From contig OX597822.1 of the NCBI GenBank assembly GCA_951406725.2, forward strand, positions 86,614,001 to 86,678,000: 64,000 bases of DNA. Reading direction: 5' to 3'. The notes under the pieces were generated by a model. The model did not search any database and was not told the DNA's origin. It worked only from the letters and a program-made list of their open reading frames with translations. This document shows positions 38,701-54,509 of the stretch, one piece after another. The position numbers and the translations under genes were made by a program. Positions within the stretch are counted from its first letter, which is position 1, and each line of letters opens with the position of its first letter. This stretch comes from Octopus vulgaris (taxonomy: Eukaryota).

Positions 38701-41700
38701 ATCAAAAAGATTGCATATCAGCCAATAAGGAAGCCTCTATATGGTCACTTGACTTGCTAGAAATAATAGTCAAATTCCTCTCAAATCACACCCTACCTTA
38801 TTCAAAAGGGACTTGTAGAGCAATGTCATCCTGGATAAATAAAAAGAAAAACCTAGAATGTTTATATGTGAGTTACCTTTCATTATAAGTCTGATTGATC
38901 AAGATCAACCGGGGGCTAAAGAACAACAGAAACTAACTGGTCTCTAGTTTATTTGCTAATTCTCTGATTTCACTTTTAAGAATTAACAGAAAAAAAACTT
39001 ACCCAAAGGGTTGATTTCTAGATAAGTGAAATGCAAATCCTGATACTGGTTATACAGAGCAGAAATGAAACGAGACAGGATCCTGAAAGAACACAAATTT
39101 AAGAAAAGTTTATCAACAAATAAATATAACAATAGTAACACCAACAGTAATTCACTCAAGATGAGATTTACTAAAAAGAAAGTAATTATATTGAAGCAAA
39201 CTAATAAATGGCTCTTGTTTCTCTAAGAGTTAATTAAAATATTTCATTATAATCCCAACTAATTTAGAGACTAACAAGAACTTCATTCAAATAAATATCA
39301 CTCGCAATTATTTGTGCCAACTGCTTTAATCTTTCTCTCAGCAGTTCCTTGACCACCATTAAACTGTGCACGCTAAAATACTGGGAATGTAGATCTCTCT
39401 CTTCCACTCTCTCATATGAGGTTTGATCAATAAGTTTCTGGACTGTTGCCATAGTAATGAAGTTAAAGCATGCAGAGTGAATCCACTTGGCAAAGATTGA
39501 CCTTCAACTCTGCTGTGCAGGAGTACTAAGTTTTAACACTCTAGCTCACTTCTGCTGTTTACAGCAGTGCTTAGAAGGAAGGTGTGTAGCGTGTGATCGT
39601 CGCATTGACCATGACAGAGAAAGTTGTCATGGCGATAACTGCTCAGAGGCCTACACAAAGTTGCAGAAAATGTATGAAGAGGGGTGTATGAGATTCACAC
39701 AAGTGTACAAATGGTTCAAACATTTCCAAGATGGCCAAAAAACTGTTGACATTGACAAACATTCTGGGAGACCCACAACCAGCAGAACTGGAGGGAAAAA
39801 CATTGCAGATGTGTGTGCAGCTGTGAGAGTAAATTGTCAAATCACCATCCGTGAGTTATTAGAGGATGTGCAGATTAGTTACAGTTCTGTTCAGTCCATA
39901 ATCACTGAAGATTTGTGTATATATTCTAGCTCACTTCTGCTGTTTATAGCAGTGCTTGGAAGGAAGGTGTGTAGCATGTGTTTGTCGTGTTGACCAGAAC
40001 ATAGAAAGTGGTTATGGTGATACTGGCTCAGAGGCTTACGTAAAGTTGCAAAAAGCATATGAAGAGGGGTGTATGAAATGCACACAAGTGTACAAGTGGT
40101 TCAAACTTTTCCAAGATGGCCAAAAAAATGTCAATATTGACAAACATTCTGGGAGACCCGCAACCAGCAGAACTGAGAAAAACATTGCAGATGTGCATGC
40201 ATCTGTGAGAGTAAATAGTCAATTCACCATCCGTGAGTTATCAGAGGATGTGCAGATTAGTTACAGTTCTGTTCAGTCCATAATCACTGAAGATTTGTGT
40301 ATGAGATGCATGTCTGCCAAGTTTGTACCAAAACTGCTTTCAGCTGACCAAAAAGACACTCGGATTTCAGTTGCATAAGATCTCCTTGATTGTGTTGAGA
40401 ACAATGAAAACATTTTGAAAACTTTATGTAAGCCTCTGAGCAGGTATCGCCAAGCTTTTGGCAAAATTGGATGCAGATTCTCTGCTCAACTTCCTCTGTT
40501 ATGTATAATGCGATGATCACACGCTACACACCTTCCTTCCAAGCACTGCTGTAAACAGCAGAAGTGAGCTACAACATTAAAACTTAGTGCACATGCACAG
40601 CAGAGTTCACGGTCAATCTGTGCCAAGCGGCTTCACTCAGCATGCTTTACACACACACACATACACGATAAAAATAGCTACATAAATTCTAAAACAATTT
40701 ATGATTTGCAGACTTCCAGTATCCTCCATTAGCTCTGTTAGTAACCCTTAAATTCTGGACATTAGTGGTATGGTTATAATATGTGAGTCAGTCTATCTAA
40801 ATAATATTATCATTTTTATTTTCTTACAAAGAAAAACATCCTTCCATACTTACTCTTTGACATCTGCGGAAACACAAACAAGCAGTGATGCAATCATGTC
40901 TGCCTTGATAGGATCACCAGGGGGAATCTCCAGTCGTTTTGCCTAATTATATAATAAAATGTTTCCTGGAGTTTATCAAAACATTTTGAAATAAAAACAA
41001 GTGTCATTAATGGTATATATAAATTTCGGGTCTTTTCTTTTTTTAAAGCAATTTCTTGTAAATCCCACAATATTGAAGAAAGGAGGGTGTGGTTTTAAGA
41101 AACAAAGAACAACCATTGCAACTCAGCATTCATTGCTAACTCTCTCAATACACACCATTTCATAAGGAACCTTACCAAAGTCTTTCTCTATATCAACAGA
41201 CTCCCAAAACAATTTCTTCATTTTGTCTCTGTACTTCCACTGTTGTTGTTCTTCCAGACATAAAATCCAAACTGCATTTCATTGATATTACTTTCTGTTT
41301 TATCCTTTTCCATTAACTTCATTTTTATGCTCTAATACATTAATTACTCTAAACGAGCCATAGTCCAGGGGACTGCCATCCAATCTGAGGAGAGGAATAT
41401 CATCATCTTTCACCAACACCCTACAAATCCTTGTCCTTTTTTTCACATTTCAACTACCATTATAATTCTCCCACAACTCTTGCAATTCCACCCTTCATTA
41501 CTCTTACCACTTCTTCAACTTCCTTCTCCTCTCCTACTCATACAACTGGATTGGCCTCTATGTTACCATTTCATTCATTCTCCCCATTCAACATCTTGTC
41601 CAGATAACCCTTTAACTTTCTCTTACTTCCATCAGGACCCACAATTTGCCGCACTTTCTCCTTCAAACACTTCATCTCTGTCAAACTACAAATCTTTCTT

Positions 41701-42800
41701 TCCTTAACTGTTTAGTCATCTGACTCTCCCCTCAGATCATATATTTCCTTAATGTTTCCCAAGGGATTTCTGTGTTTTTATTACCCCTTTTTCTGTGGCT
41801 TTCTTGGTCACCTTATAACTTTCATGTACTGCTTCTTTTACTACCATACTCCTTACCCTCTTCTTCTCATCAATTCCCTTCTCAACTTCAAAATTCCATC
41901 AAATGTCTATGTGATATTTCCATGTACACATCATCACCAACAGCTCCTTATAGATCATCATTTACTGATTTCCAACCAATTCCAGCATTCAACCACATCA
42001 CACATTACCATACTCAACTTCTCTTTGAGCGCTTCCTTTTCTGTCACCTATTTTAAACTCCACACTTTCAGCCTTGGTTGCTTTTTTTCTCATCTACTAA
42101 GCTTCTCTTTGTATTTCTCACTTTCAAGTCATAGACAAATAGTGCGATGTAACAACTTCCTCTCCTGTGGTTAGTTTTGTATCCTGAAAGTTCCGCCTGT
42201 CTTACTACCTATGTACTGTCAGGTGGTAGTCAACAGATGATGTTGTTGGACATCAAACAAACTCTCACCCTCTCCAGAACTACCATGGGAAATGCACACC
42301 TTCCAGACACCCTTGCTAAAAAAACATGCACTTATGTCCCTGCATTCCATTAATCACTCTCATACCACTTCCTTTCCATCTTGTCTCCTGTAAACAACAA
42401 ATGTTCACTCTTCTTGTGAGTGGTACCTCCACCACATTACTCCATCTCCTTGTCATTGCTGTCTACATTCCACATCCCAACCATACATGCTAGTTTTCAA
42501 AAAGGACATCGTACTTTCACTGGGTTCCCCATCTTGAGTTATAATGAAATACATTGTGCATCCCACATGATATTTTGGGCTGTATCCCACCCCTATATAA
42601 TAATACTCCTCGTGGCAGTCCTTTTTGAAAGAGAATTTTACAGTCAAATATCCTTCCTGGTGCCAATCCTTTTAGTCACCTTTTATGAAAATAAACACAG
42701 TGTACATATACTGAAGATGATGCACATGGATAACAATTACAGATTTTTTAAAATAAAAAGTAGAATTTCTTTTACCATAACCATTAGTAATTCATAAACA

Positions 42801-42831
<31 letters not shown>

Positions 42832-45800
42832 TCTATTTATTTTGAGATGAAGAGGCTGTACTTCTGTCACTTGCAGGAACACTAAAACCGCAAGGTGAAT
42901 ATGATGTTTAATTTAAACTTCTGAAGGGGAAAAAAAAATGATCAAAGAGGGTTGCAATGTTGGGTAAGAACGGCAGAGCAATGTTCAGTGAAGAGGTGAG
43001 GAGTGAGACAAAGTAGGGGTAGCAACAGATATGGGTGCATCAGCTGGACTTGGGTGGAAATGGTAGACAGAGAAAAGAAACAGCACATCAGTGAGCTAGT
43101 GATTGATATAGGTATTAGTGATAATGAATCCTGGCCAATCAGATGAACAACCTTCCTTTTTGTGAATGTGTTCCAACAATATGAACAGTACTTGAATATT
43201 TGTTGCACTTGAGGTTGCTTCGATGAGGAATAAGCACTTCCTAGTGTTGTGTTGTAGGAAATATTCTTCAGTTGTTTAACTGCAGCACAGCTGTATGTGA
43301 ACCATTTTGGTTTTGGTTGTGATGGATGCTGAGACAACAAAGCTAGGCAGAGGGTAGCAGTCCCCTGTTTAGCTGCTTCAGAATAGGTCAAGGAAGAATT
43401 CGTTTATTGCAAAGATGAGTCAGCACAGAATTGGTTTAGCCTCAAAAGTAAGAGAGGGATTAGAAAAAGAAAATGTAATAGTTGGGTTGAGAAGTAAGAA
43501 ATAGTTGAAGGAACTGATGCACCAGTTCCTGGGTGAGTGAGTAGGATTGAGGGGACTTAGCAGATGATAAAAAGAAATATATAGGAGAGCGGGGTTGCTG
43601 TAGATATGAGGACATTGAGAGTGATCGCAGGTGAGTGAGATGTTAACGATGGAGATCAGAATGTTGGTACAGGATGTGAAAGTGCCAAATGCAACTGTGT
43701 ACACTGATGCCTTTGGTGATGATGACTTCAGAGAAAAGCAAACTGAGGCAAATACACTCAAAGCAAGATGAGAGGTAATAAAACAACAGCTAATGCTTGG
43801 AGTAGTTTAAGCAGATATCAAAACATCTCCCATCTATTTAAATAGAACCAAAGTGGAAGCCTTTGTTATTGATGTTTAAGTACTAGCTTGTGTTTGTGTA
43901 AACTCCACTTTTTAGAATGAAACTAGAATCCAATCAAAGGAGTAGAGACGAGTTTGAGATAAGGAAGGAAGATATGCATCTCAAAAAGAATAGTAGAATT
44001 GCAATGAATTACAGTGAAATAGGACAGAAATGTAATGAACATATACATTATTGTGACAAACTATAATAGATAATAAATCTGCAAGAACATTTACCTTAGC
44101 ATCAACATCTCCAATATCGACACCACCTTCATGATGAAACAGGATAACATTCTCATAGCGTTGGGAGTAAATGCACACATAATATTCTTCAGCCTTTAAA
44201 ATAAAATATCAAATTAAATCCTAAATATATATCGAGTAATTCTGAAAAATCAAGACAAGTTAATAAATTGTTTAAAACATATTTTAAGAAAATTTTCATG
44301 GAATCGTCAGATACTGAATCACCATTTGGTGACGACCTGATCCCTTCTCCAATGACTTCAACAATAGGATGGAAAACCAAACTCTATTGTGCATTTCTAT
44401 CTCTCATTCAAAACTAAATTCCTTGCCACTACATCACGATTCCGAATTCAAAATCTGCCATGAATATATAAACAATGCCTGTTAATATTGAGTAGTCCCA
44501 ATTTATTTAGAGACCTATAATTCAGAGATAGCCATCAAACACTTAGCAGTGTCACAGAAGTCCAAATCCATGACAAGTCATACTGCAATGAAGTAAATGG
44601 CACAAACCTGTAAACTGATACACATGGTTATTCTATTTCACAAACCTAACTTTACGCTTAGACAATAAATAGCTTTATTATTCATGGAAAACTTATTATA
44701 TATCATAATTTCACACCCAACACGTGTGTAAGTAAATATTTCTTAGCTGGAATTATTTGTATAAGTTAATTTTATGAAAGTTACCAAATATCAGAATCCC
44801 AAAACATGGAGAAGTTCTAATCAAAAATGAAGTAATTAAACTGAGAAAGCAGAATATGTTTAGAGTTAAACTGGCAACCATGTTCAATGAGATTTAAGTT
44901 ACATAAAAGACAACAAACAGCTACACAACAAATAGCAATAAATAAAAGATGAAGTCCATATAACACTATCTGAGAAAGCAATCTGTAAATTGAGCACCAA
45001 CTTCAGTCAAGATGGCTGTTACTAATGAAATAAGACATTATGGGTTGCTTAAACCAATAAACATGTGTTACTACTACTACTACTTCATGGACTAGAGAAA
45101 TAAAAGTTTGTAAGTTCAGTTTATTTCCACTAGGGCCATATTCCACAATGCATACATATAAATATATATATCTTTTATCATTTACTTGGTTCAGTCAGAC
45201 TGTGGCCATGCTGGAGCACCACCTTGAACAAATTTTAGTCAAACGAATTGACCTTTTATTTTTAAACCCGGTAGTTGTTCTATTGGTCTCTTTTGCCAAG
45301 CTGATAGGTTATGGGATGTAAACACACCAACACCAGTTGTCAAGCAGTGCTAGGGACAAACAGAGACACAAACACACATACACATATAAATTTTCAACCC
45401 TTGATCAATTTTTTTCACCAGGAACAGCTGACAGGTTGTGAATAAGCAACAGTTAGTTGCTTAATATAAAGATGTTAATAATAAATCCCATAATTAGTCA
45501 TGTAATGATTTCTAGAATGAAACAAATGTATGATAACAATAAGGAAATTATAAAATATCAAAAACAATGTACCTGGTTGTGCGAAATAAAGGGTTCAATC
45601 ACAAAATTCTTCAGTTTTCCCTTAGCAGAACCAATCTGAAAGACAAAGCAATGAATAATAGTAAAAATTAATTTAAAATTCAATTCTCACTATTTACATG
45701 CATGGATGACTGAGTTGGAACCAAAAGGACCAATGGATATAAAACTTGAAGGTTGGATGCACACATGTAAAGATACTGGATATGTATATCATTACACAGA

Positions 45801-48800
45801 TTCATTTACGAATAAGTATGAATACATACATCTAATTAGTAACACTCATCATTTCCTCCATCACCTGAGAGCAGAATAACCACAGTACTACATCCTCTGA
45901 CCTGCTCAGTTACCTTTCTTTTCTCCATCTTGTTCTCCATTGTTAACATCTCACTCACCTGCTATCACCCTCAATGTCCTCAGATATCTACCGCAACACC
46001 CCCCCTCCTATATATTTCTTTCTATCATCTGCTACAGTCCCCTCAATCCTACTCACTCACCCAGTCCAAACTTCTATATCACCTCACCTAATCTCACCAC
46101 ACCCAATGTCCCTCAAGGGTATGTCATGGCACATCTTCGCCATCATCACTCCCGCTCTTTCTTTTCTAACTCTACAACAAGGCACCTAACTCTGTCCCTC
46201 TATACCTTTAATTTCTCCAACTGGCATAAAGCTACACACCCTCAATACTACTCTCCCCTCTCCCAGTTGAGGGGGTTTTGTTTTGTAAGGTATTTGGTGA
46301 TCCTGTTGGTGCTGGTGCCATATAAAAAAGCACCCAATCCACACTGTAAAGAGGTTGGCATTAGGAAGGGCATTCAGCCATAGAAAACATGCCAAAACAA
46401 ACAATGGAACCTGATGTGGTTCCCAGCCTTGCCAGCTCCTGTCAACCCATCCAATCCATGACAGCACAGAAAACATGTTAAATCATGGTAATGATGATGA
46501 TGAATCCCTTTCTTGGAACTTAGTGTGAGAAAACAGTGGCCAGGGCTGTTTGATGCAACATCATAAAATGAATGTTGAAATGACACTAGATACTATCTCA
46601 CTGTATAGTAAATAGTTTAAAACATTTAAACTAAATAGAAATCATGTAACAGCTCATTCTGAATATAAATACTTATGAAAAATAACATACTGGAACAGCA
46701 TTTATTAATGAAATGATCAAGTAATTCTAACTCCAATCATTTGGTCATTCTGCTTAAAGAGTGTATGAAAAAATATAGAAACATTAAAATCACTTATCAA
46801 TGCTGAAACTAACCACATCAAGCAATTGCTCTAGGAATTCTTCTCATGAACTCGGGGTAGTGTAAAACAATTCTCAAAGTGCTTCAGTATGTTAAAAAAA
46901 ACTTAAGGATATTATGAGTTACAACAACTATGACTATGTGCCACAAATTGAGATATGTAATTTAGAGATATTGACTTAAAAACGGGGGGGGGGGGCCTCT
47001 GTTTAACAATTCTTTTCACAACAGTTACAAACAGTGCTACACTTGATGTTCACTCCCTTCCATTCCATAATCAAAAGAAATATTTCACGTTTGCAAATCC
47101 AGATATTAAAATGAAAACAAAAGAAAATATTTTTCTCTACAATATCAAGTCAGCTTTTTTTTACTGCAATCTTGCACTCCAATTACAGTCGACAATATCT
47201 GAAAGAAATTGTGTTGCTTATGTAGAAGTCTATTTCCATGTCATTGATTTCTGCTGTAACTAATTTTATTTTCTATATAATCTGTATTTCTTTTATATTC
47301 AGTTTTAAAAACTAGTTTAATCTTTGCTACAACCTGTAGCTCAACAAACATATTATATAAATAATATATAAATATATACATACATATATATATATACATA
47401 TATGTACATACCTACATATATATGTATATATACATGCATATATGGGTACAGGACATAAAAAAAATATGAACAAAAAGAGAAACGAGAACATAAAAAACAA
47501 AATCATAGAAAAACTTTTTTATGAACAACAAAAGAAACAAATAGAGAAACGAGACAGGCAACATAAAGAACATTCCCTTCATCAGTTGTCCCCTGTTTTA
47601 TCTACTCTGCATTTCGAAGGTAGGGACAACTTGCTTAAATAAATTTAAAAGGAAATAGTATTTTTCTTAGTAATCATTAATAAAACAAACTTTCTCACAA
47701 CTGTTTTTTAGATACCAAAGCATGCATTGTAGTAAACTGGTTAAAACAGAAAAAAAATAACTGAAACACCTATTTTCTTGCTGTTTGTACATGATGAGGG
47801 AGTGAAATAGGGGCTGTGAAGTACAATATAAAGCACAATATTTTTTGACAGTACTTATCAAAACAAGAAGGCAAAAACCTTCATAATCTAATCCATAGGA
47901 ATTATAAGAAAACACACAAGCACAAAGATTCAGATTTTTTCTTTTAAAATATTACCAATTTTTTCCAGCTTGCAAGATTAATTAAAAATAATTCAAAATT
48001 GTCAATTTCAATTTAATTCATGAAATATCAAACAGAATATTTCATACAACTGAAGCTAACTTTTTCTTTTCTCGTCTTTTTATTCTACCAATGTTTATTT
48101 ATCTAGAAGCGAGAGGGAGGGAGAGAGAGAGAGAATAACACTATCATCATAATCCTCAGCTAGTACCAGACTGCAAAGAGATTACCACTAAACTAGTGAG
48201 TAATGGAACACTTATTCCATTTTAAGCAGAAAATGAAGATTAAAGTCCATTTCTTTGAAATCGCAGGATTAAATTGCAATAATTACTCTTTGGTGAGTAA
48301 ATTTGCATGAAATGATAAATTTGGGGAGCTATGTTAGCAAGCTTAAAAAACATGGACAGATCTCAGAGAAGAAACCAGATGGAAACAACTTATATAATCA
48401 TTCATATATACACACACACACACACACACATTTATGTTGACGTATGGAAATGTGTAATGATGAATATAAGAGATGTTTGTAAGAATAAATCATTTGATGT
48501 TGGAAAAAAAATTAACATAACTGTCCAGTATGAATCTTTTCTAGCAATACTTTGTAAAAGTAGATAGGATGTTCATTATCAGCATGTCTAAACACAATTG
48601 ATTTATTGAAAGTTATAGCTTTAAGTATCAATTTTTCTCTATCAGAAGGTAAGCAAGTATTTATATATAGAATACTGAAAATTATAACAAAAACCACCTC
48701 TGTATTCACATAACTGTTTTATTATACAAGAAATTTAACCATTTAGCATTCAGATTACTCTCGCAAATCTAATGCTTATCTATTTACATTGTTTTGAATT

Positions 48801-49045
48801 AATCAAGCATTATCTCACAGCTTTGAGAATTCAATGATGTGATTATTTTAGAATGACATTATAGAGTAGGTGTGAGAGGCTGGATATAGCCAGTTTGGCC
48901 ATAACACTCACGGAGTGGTTGACGTTAGGAAGGGCATCTAGCCGTAGAAACACTGCCAAATCTGACTGGGCCTGATAAAGCCTTCCGGCTTCACAGACCC
49001 CAGTTAAACCGTCCAACCCATGCTAGCATGGAAAACAGACGCTAA

Positions 49046-49084
<39 letters not shown>

Positions 49085-51841
49085 GCTAGTTTAAATGCTA
49101 AGTGTTAATATAATTCACAAGTATAAACACTTTTCCTGTAATTTAAAAACTCAAATTGATGATTATGGGATAATTTTAAATGACCAAACATTTATAGGTC
49201 AGAATAGATAAAATAAAAAAAAAAACAAGTAGACATAAAGACCATGTGTTTAGTGAAAACAGTGCTTATGATTAAATTTTGAAGGGAAATAATTTAGAAA
49301 GGATGTTGGTAGATGTATTTGTTTGACAAATCCATCCCAAGTCATTGTTGTCAATGTTTGATAAACAGAGTAGAATACTTATGAGACAGAACTTAAAATA
49401 ACCTTTAAAAGCTGGTGTTTATTGAAAGAACACATGAAATAGAGGTTTCCCTAACGCTGCAATTCTCAAAAATGAAGGGCTGTGTGTAATGTTTGGTGTC
49501 AGGCTTGGGGAGAGAAACAATACTAATAGTTAAAGAGAAACAATACTAATGATTAGAGCAATAAGAGTAGAAACGAGTGGGTTAAAGTTAAGGTGAGGTA
49601 CAGCTAGAAAGATTAAAGTAGAAACCAAAATAATAATGCTAGGAGCATACAGTGAAGGTGGTTCGTTCACATTACTCTGTAAGGAACATGGGGCCAATTT
49701 TCTGGTTTCTCTGATGTATATATTCCTTGTTGGATGGGACACTCAGTCCATTGAAGGATTACTCATTTTTACTAGTTGGTAAAAATGTGAAATGAAGTGT
49801 TTTGCTCAAGAAGACAATGAATCGCCTAGTCCAGAAACTGAAACCACAATCTTATGATGAAGAGTCCAATACCCTAACCACTAAGCCATGTGCCTCCATA
49901 TAGTGAGGGTACCAAGGTACCATATAGTAAATAAGGTCAGCTTTGAAGATTAATCCCATCATGTTCTAGTTTATTGATTATTTAGGTAAGGTTCAGAGTT
50001 AAACAGGAGGCAAAATGAAAGATAACCCAAGCGAAAATGTCAGTCATTTCATCAGGAGCTTATATGTTTTATCTTTTATATTTTTTATACTTGTTTCGGT
50101 CCTTAGACAGTGGCCATGCTGGGGCACTTACAACTATTAGCCTACAAGTATTTTCTTCCCTGTCTTTAATAATTATGTCTAGTCGATTAGCCTGGATCAT
50201 TCTGTCGGTGTTGACTGAAAAATCTCAGCAGTATCTTTTAATAACAATGATGTAGCATGTTATGCTAATATTGTTACTGCTGTATTGCATGCATCTTATA
50301 TGTTTGCATGTGGCTACAACTAACAACAGTTTAATGTCAAATCTTGGATTTTCAACTGAATAAAGCTCCTGGATATACAAGATCACATGTAACTACAGCT
50401 ACTTTACATAACAGTGATGTCATGGGTAATTTGTTTTTTTTACATCCATCTTGTAGAAACATGAAAATAAAAAGTTAGAAACTATCAATGATAATATTTT
50501 TCTCTGACTCTTGATGAAAGAACATTTAACTCATCAAAGAATAAGTTAAAAGTTGAAGATGATATCTAGTGTGAGGAGGAATTATTATATCAACCTGTTT
50601 GAGAACATTGATGATAAATGTTGTCCATAAAGATGTACATTATCGGAAATAGGAACTCTGGTTGGTTGAAATAGGAATTCTGGTAGCCAAATAACTGTGA
50701 CGATGTGAAAAAATATGTAAGAAGATATCTGATATGTGCTACAATAAAACCAGAATTACTTCCATAGCAGACATAGTCTAAAGAAATCAAAGCAAGGATA
50801 AGTGTTTGCAAATGGATTGTAGCTTTCTCAATAATTTAGGGCAGTTCTTAATAGCTGTTGATGCAAACACTGAATAGTCAGGAGTAATAAGAGTGAGGAA
50901 TAAAAAAAACGGAAACAGTTTGGCAGGTATTAGCATTGTGTTTGCCAAAAATGATGATCTGGAGGCAGTGTCTGGCAATTGCTGTGACTTTCACATTATA
51001 ATAGATTAAGTATGAATATAAACATATGAAAACACCTCCATATTATCTAAAATCAAACAGAATTTTTGATAGTTGCAACAATTTAAATGAGTTTAAAAGT
51101 ATATTCACCAAATAAAAGTTCAATTAATATATATTTGAGCAGTATACTTATGATTAATCAAATAAGCCCTCACTCAGAAAGATTTAATCCATTTGATGGC
51201 TATTTTGTTATCAAGCACAGGAAATGGTAGACCTATATCTCAAGCAGGATCTAACCCAGCTGTGATTCTTAAGAATGACAAGGATATATTAATTTCAAGA
51301 AGACCAAATAAACAATGACACAAATATCAATAGTGAACAAACTGTTGAATCAGTCCCTCAAGCTTTCAATGATATTCCACACTATTAATAAAGATTATGA
51401 TTTGACAACCAATACAGGAACAAACATTGTGAATGGTGTAATAAGCAATTCTCAATGAAATCAAATAAACTAATTCCTTTCCAGATGTGATGTCGTTGCT
51501 ATGGTAATATATTGTCATGTCATAGTATCGCATTTGTTTTAATTACTTACACAGGATTCAAATTATTTAAGATGCTTGATATTACAGTTTGACTATTCAG
51601 TTGAAAGACAAAAAAAAGCATCTGGAGATAAAAATCAAAGGCAACAACAATGAAACAATGGTATAAACACACCAATTGCCAATAACAAAAACACCTTGTA
51701 ATAAAGATCCCAAAATACAGGACAATTGCATAGTTAAACATACAAGACACACTCATGTATGTGCTCCTCATATAACACTGTTGCTGTTGATAAAATATCA
51801 AATTTGACATGACTGTACAGGAACTGACATAGCAAAGACAG

Positions 51842-51890
<49 letters not shown>

Positions 51891-54468
51891 AAGAGATTCT
51901 GTCAGTCTGTCTGTTTGTCCAGCAAAATGAAAGTAAATGGTTCAGGGGAAGCTATTATGCTTTCTCTATACATTAAAAATCGAAATTCTGTGTCTTTCTT
52001 TCTCCGGCAAAATGAAAGTACCTGGTTCAGGGGAAGCTATTATGCTATTACCTAATTTGTCTCAACCAAAATTATGCAATGGTACAACACTAATTATGCA
52101 CAAACTTATGAGGAACTGCAGTGAGGCAAATATTCTCAATGGTTGTGGTAAAGGTGAGACCGTCTTCATTCCTCACATACCAGTTATACCATCTAATGTC
52201 CCATTCCAATTTAAGCAGTTACAGTTTCCTACCTCACTTTCTTTTGCCATGAGCATTAGTAACATTCAGGGCCAAACACTAAAAGTTGCTGGGTTGCAAC
52301 TTGAAGAACCCTGCTTTTCACATGGCTAACTTTATGTGGGAGCATCACATGTGGGACAAAAGCAAATCTTTTATGCACCCCAAAATAAAACAAAAACCAT
52401 TGTTTATAAAGAACTATTCATTCTTAATGCAACATAAATGCCTCAATAACTTCGCATGTATGACATCGATCATTTTTCTACTTCAATTATTATATGTTTT
52501 CTTTTATAAAATACACACATATAGGAGTAAAATATATATATAATTCTGTGCTGGTGGCACATAAAAAGCACCAACCAATCGCGGCCGTTGCCAGCCTCGC
52601 CTGGCACCTGTGCCGGTGGCATGTAAAAAGCACCCACTACGCTCACGGAGTGGTTGGCGTTAGGAAGGGCATCCAGCTGTAGAAACACTGCCAGATCAGA
52701 CTGGAGCCTGGTGCAACCTTCTGGCTTCCCAGACCCCGGTCGAACCGTCCAACCCATGCTAGCATGGAAAACGGATGTTAAACAATGATGATGAATAATA
52801 CTTTGAATGTGGCTCCTAAGAAACAGTAAATGTAATTACCCGATCAACAACAGGTGTTACCACTACTGTTTGATAAGAGATTCTTCAATACACTCAACTA
52901 CACAACACTAAAATAATCCGGATATTAGCAAGTAACATTTAAAAGGTCAAGTAGAGTCTGACTATATTTACAAACCATATGAATATCATTGTCATCATTT
53001 AAATGTCTGTTTTTCAAGCTATCATGGGTTGGTGGTTAACCAGGATCTAGCAAGCTGCAGGGCTATGCCTAATTTCAGTATCAGCTTTTGTATGGGTTCT
53101 ATGGCTGGATGCCCTTCCTAATGCCAACCCATGTTTTATTTATTATCTATAAGTAAAAAAAGTAACATGCAAAATCCTTCTAGATTTTCATAGCTTATGA
53201 GATGACAATAGCTGAATAAGGTTAAATGATTTAATGAAGCATTTAGAAGAAATATACAGTGAGAAGAAAACGATAAATATTGTTTTATTATTCTTCCTTT
53301 TTCTAGCAAGTATAGGGAAACAACTCTGAATATGCTCAGTATTCTTTGGCAAAGTATAGATTCCATGGAACTCAAGTAGTAATGAATGATTATTTATTCT
53401 TTAATAATCAGAATTATTGATTTTTTTTCTACCTACACCAATAAACAAATGTATTATTATGTATATTTTCTTATTTTTGATTTTTCAGTAAGCACAGAGA
53501 GGTTTTTCTTCACTGAAAAGGTCAAAACAAGTTCGGATTATGTCTTGAGTTGACCCCCTTACTTGCAAAACTGGTTTCTAATTTAGGTACAAGGCCAACA
53601 ATTTTGAGAGGCAGTGGGTAGTCGATACCATTAAGCTCATTACTAGACTGGTTCTTTATCACCACCGGCAGGTGAGAGGCAAAATAATGAAATACTTTAA
53701 TAATTGACAAGCATTATTTTTCCTCGTCAGCTGATTTATTTCCACATGACAAGATTTTCAATGCTCTATATATTAAATATGTTAACACCAACCTAATAAG
53801 TGTTCAGCTATGCTTGTTACACAATAAAGCTAGGACATAAGAAATGACTCACAAAAGAAAGAAGGATCTAAATTGGAGTCACACAGACTTATCCTCTATC
53901 TCTCTAAACTTGCTAACAGCAAAGTACTAAACTAGAGTTCCTGTAACTGGAGTGTTGGTGACTGAATGTTTACCTCCTAAAATCAGTTTTTCTTCATTAT
54001 AATCCAGACTGGATCATAATTATGATGCATGCCTGAATTCAAAAGAGATCTGGGTAGTACTTACTGCATATCTCAGTTCAAGTGTTTCATATAAAAGCAC
54101 CACTCCTACTTCATGACTGAGTAGTTTCAGTGGAGAATGAAACAGCTATAGGATTTCTCACAGATTAAATGAGAGAGAGAGAGAGAGAGATTGTAAGATA
54201 TAACCCAATAACTGAACAACAATTATTCAGGCTACTACTGAGCTCCCACTTTGCTTTGTGATCAAAAAGAAAAATACTAAAAAATTATGTAGAATACACA
54301 AAAACAAAATAAAACCAACAAAACATTTTTGCAGATTAACCACAGGAGCTGCACACAGACACACACACACACAAATTCATTATGATTAATACCTTAAATT
54401 TTGTTTGCTTTCTATGTTAGTATGGAAAACAAATAAAAAAAATAACAACAACAATGATGTATAAAGAT

Positions 54469-54509
<41 letters not shown>

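Noticed and set aside
51937-52329. Host PIF1 helicase gene
   Set aside because: Isolated C-terminal piece with a stop in the SHGQLYV motif and no other exons; fits a Helitron remnant.
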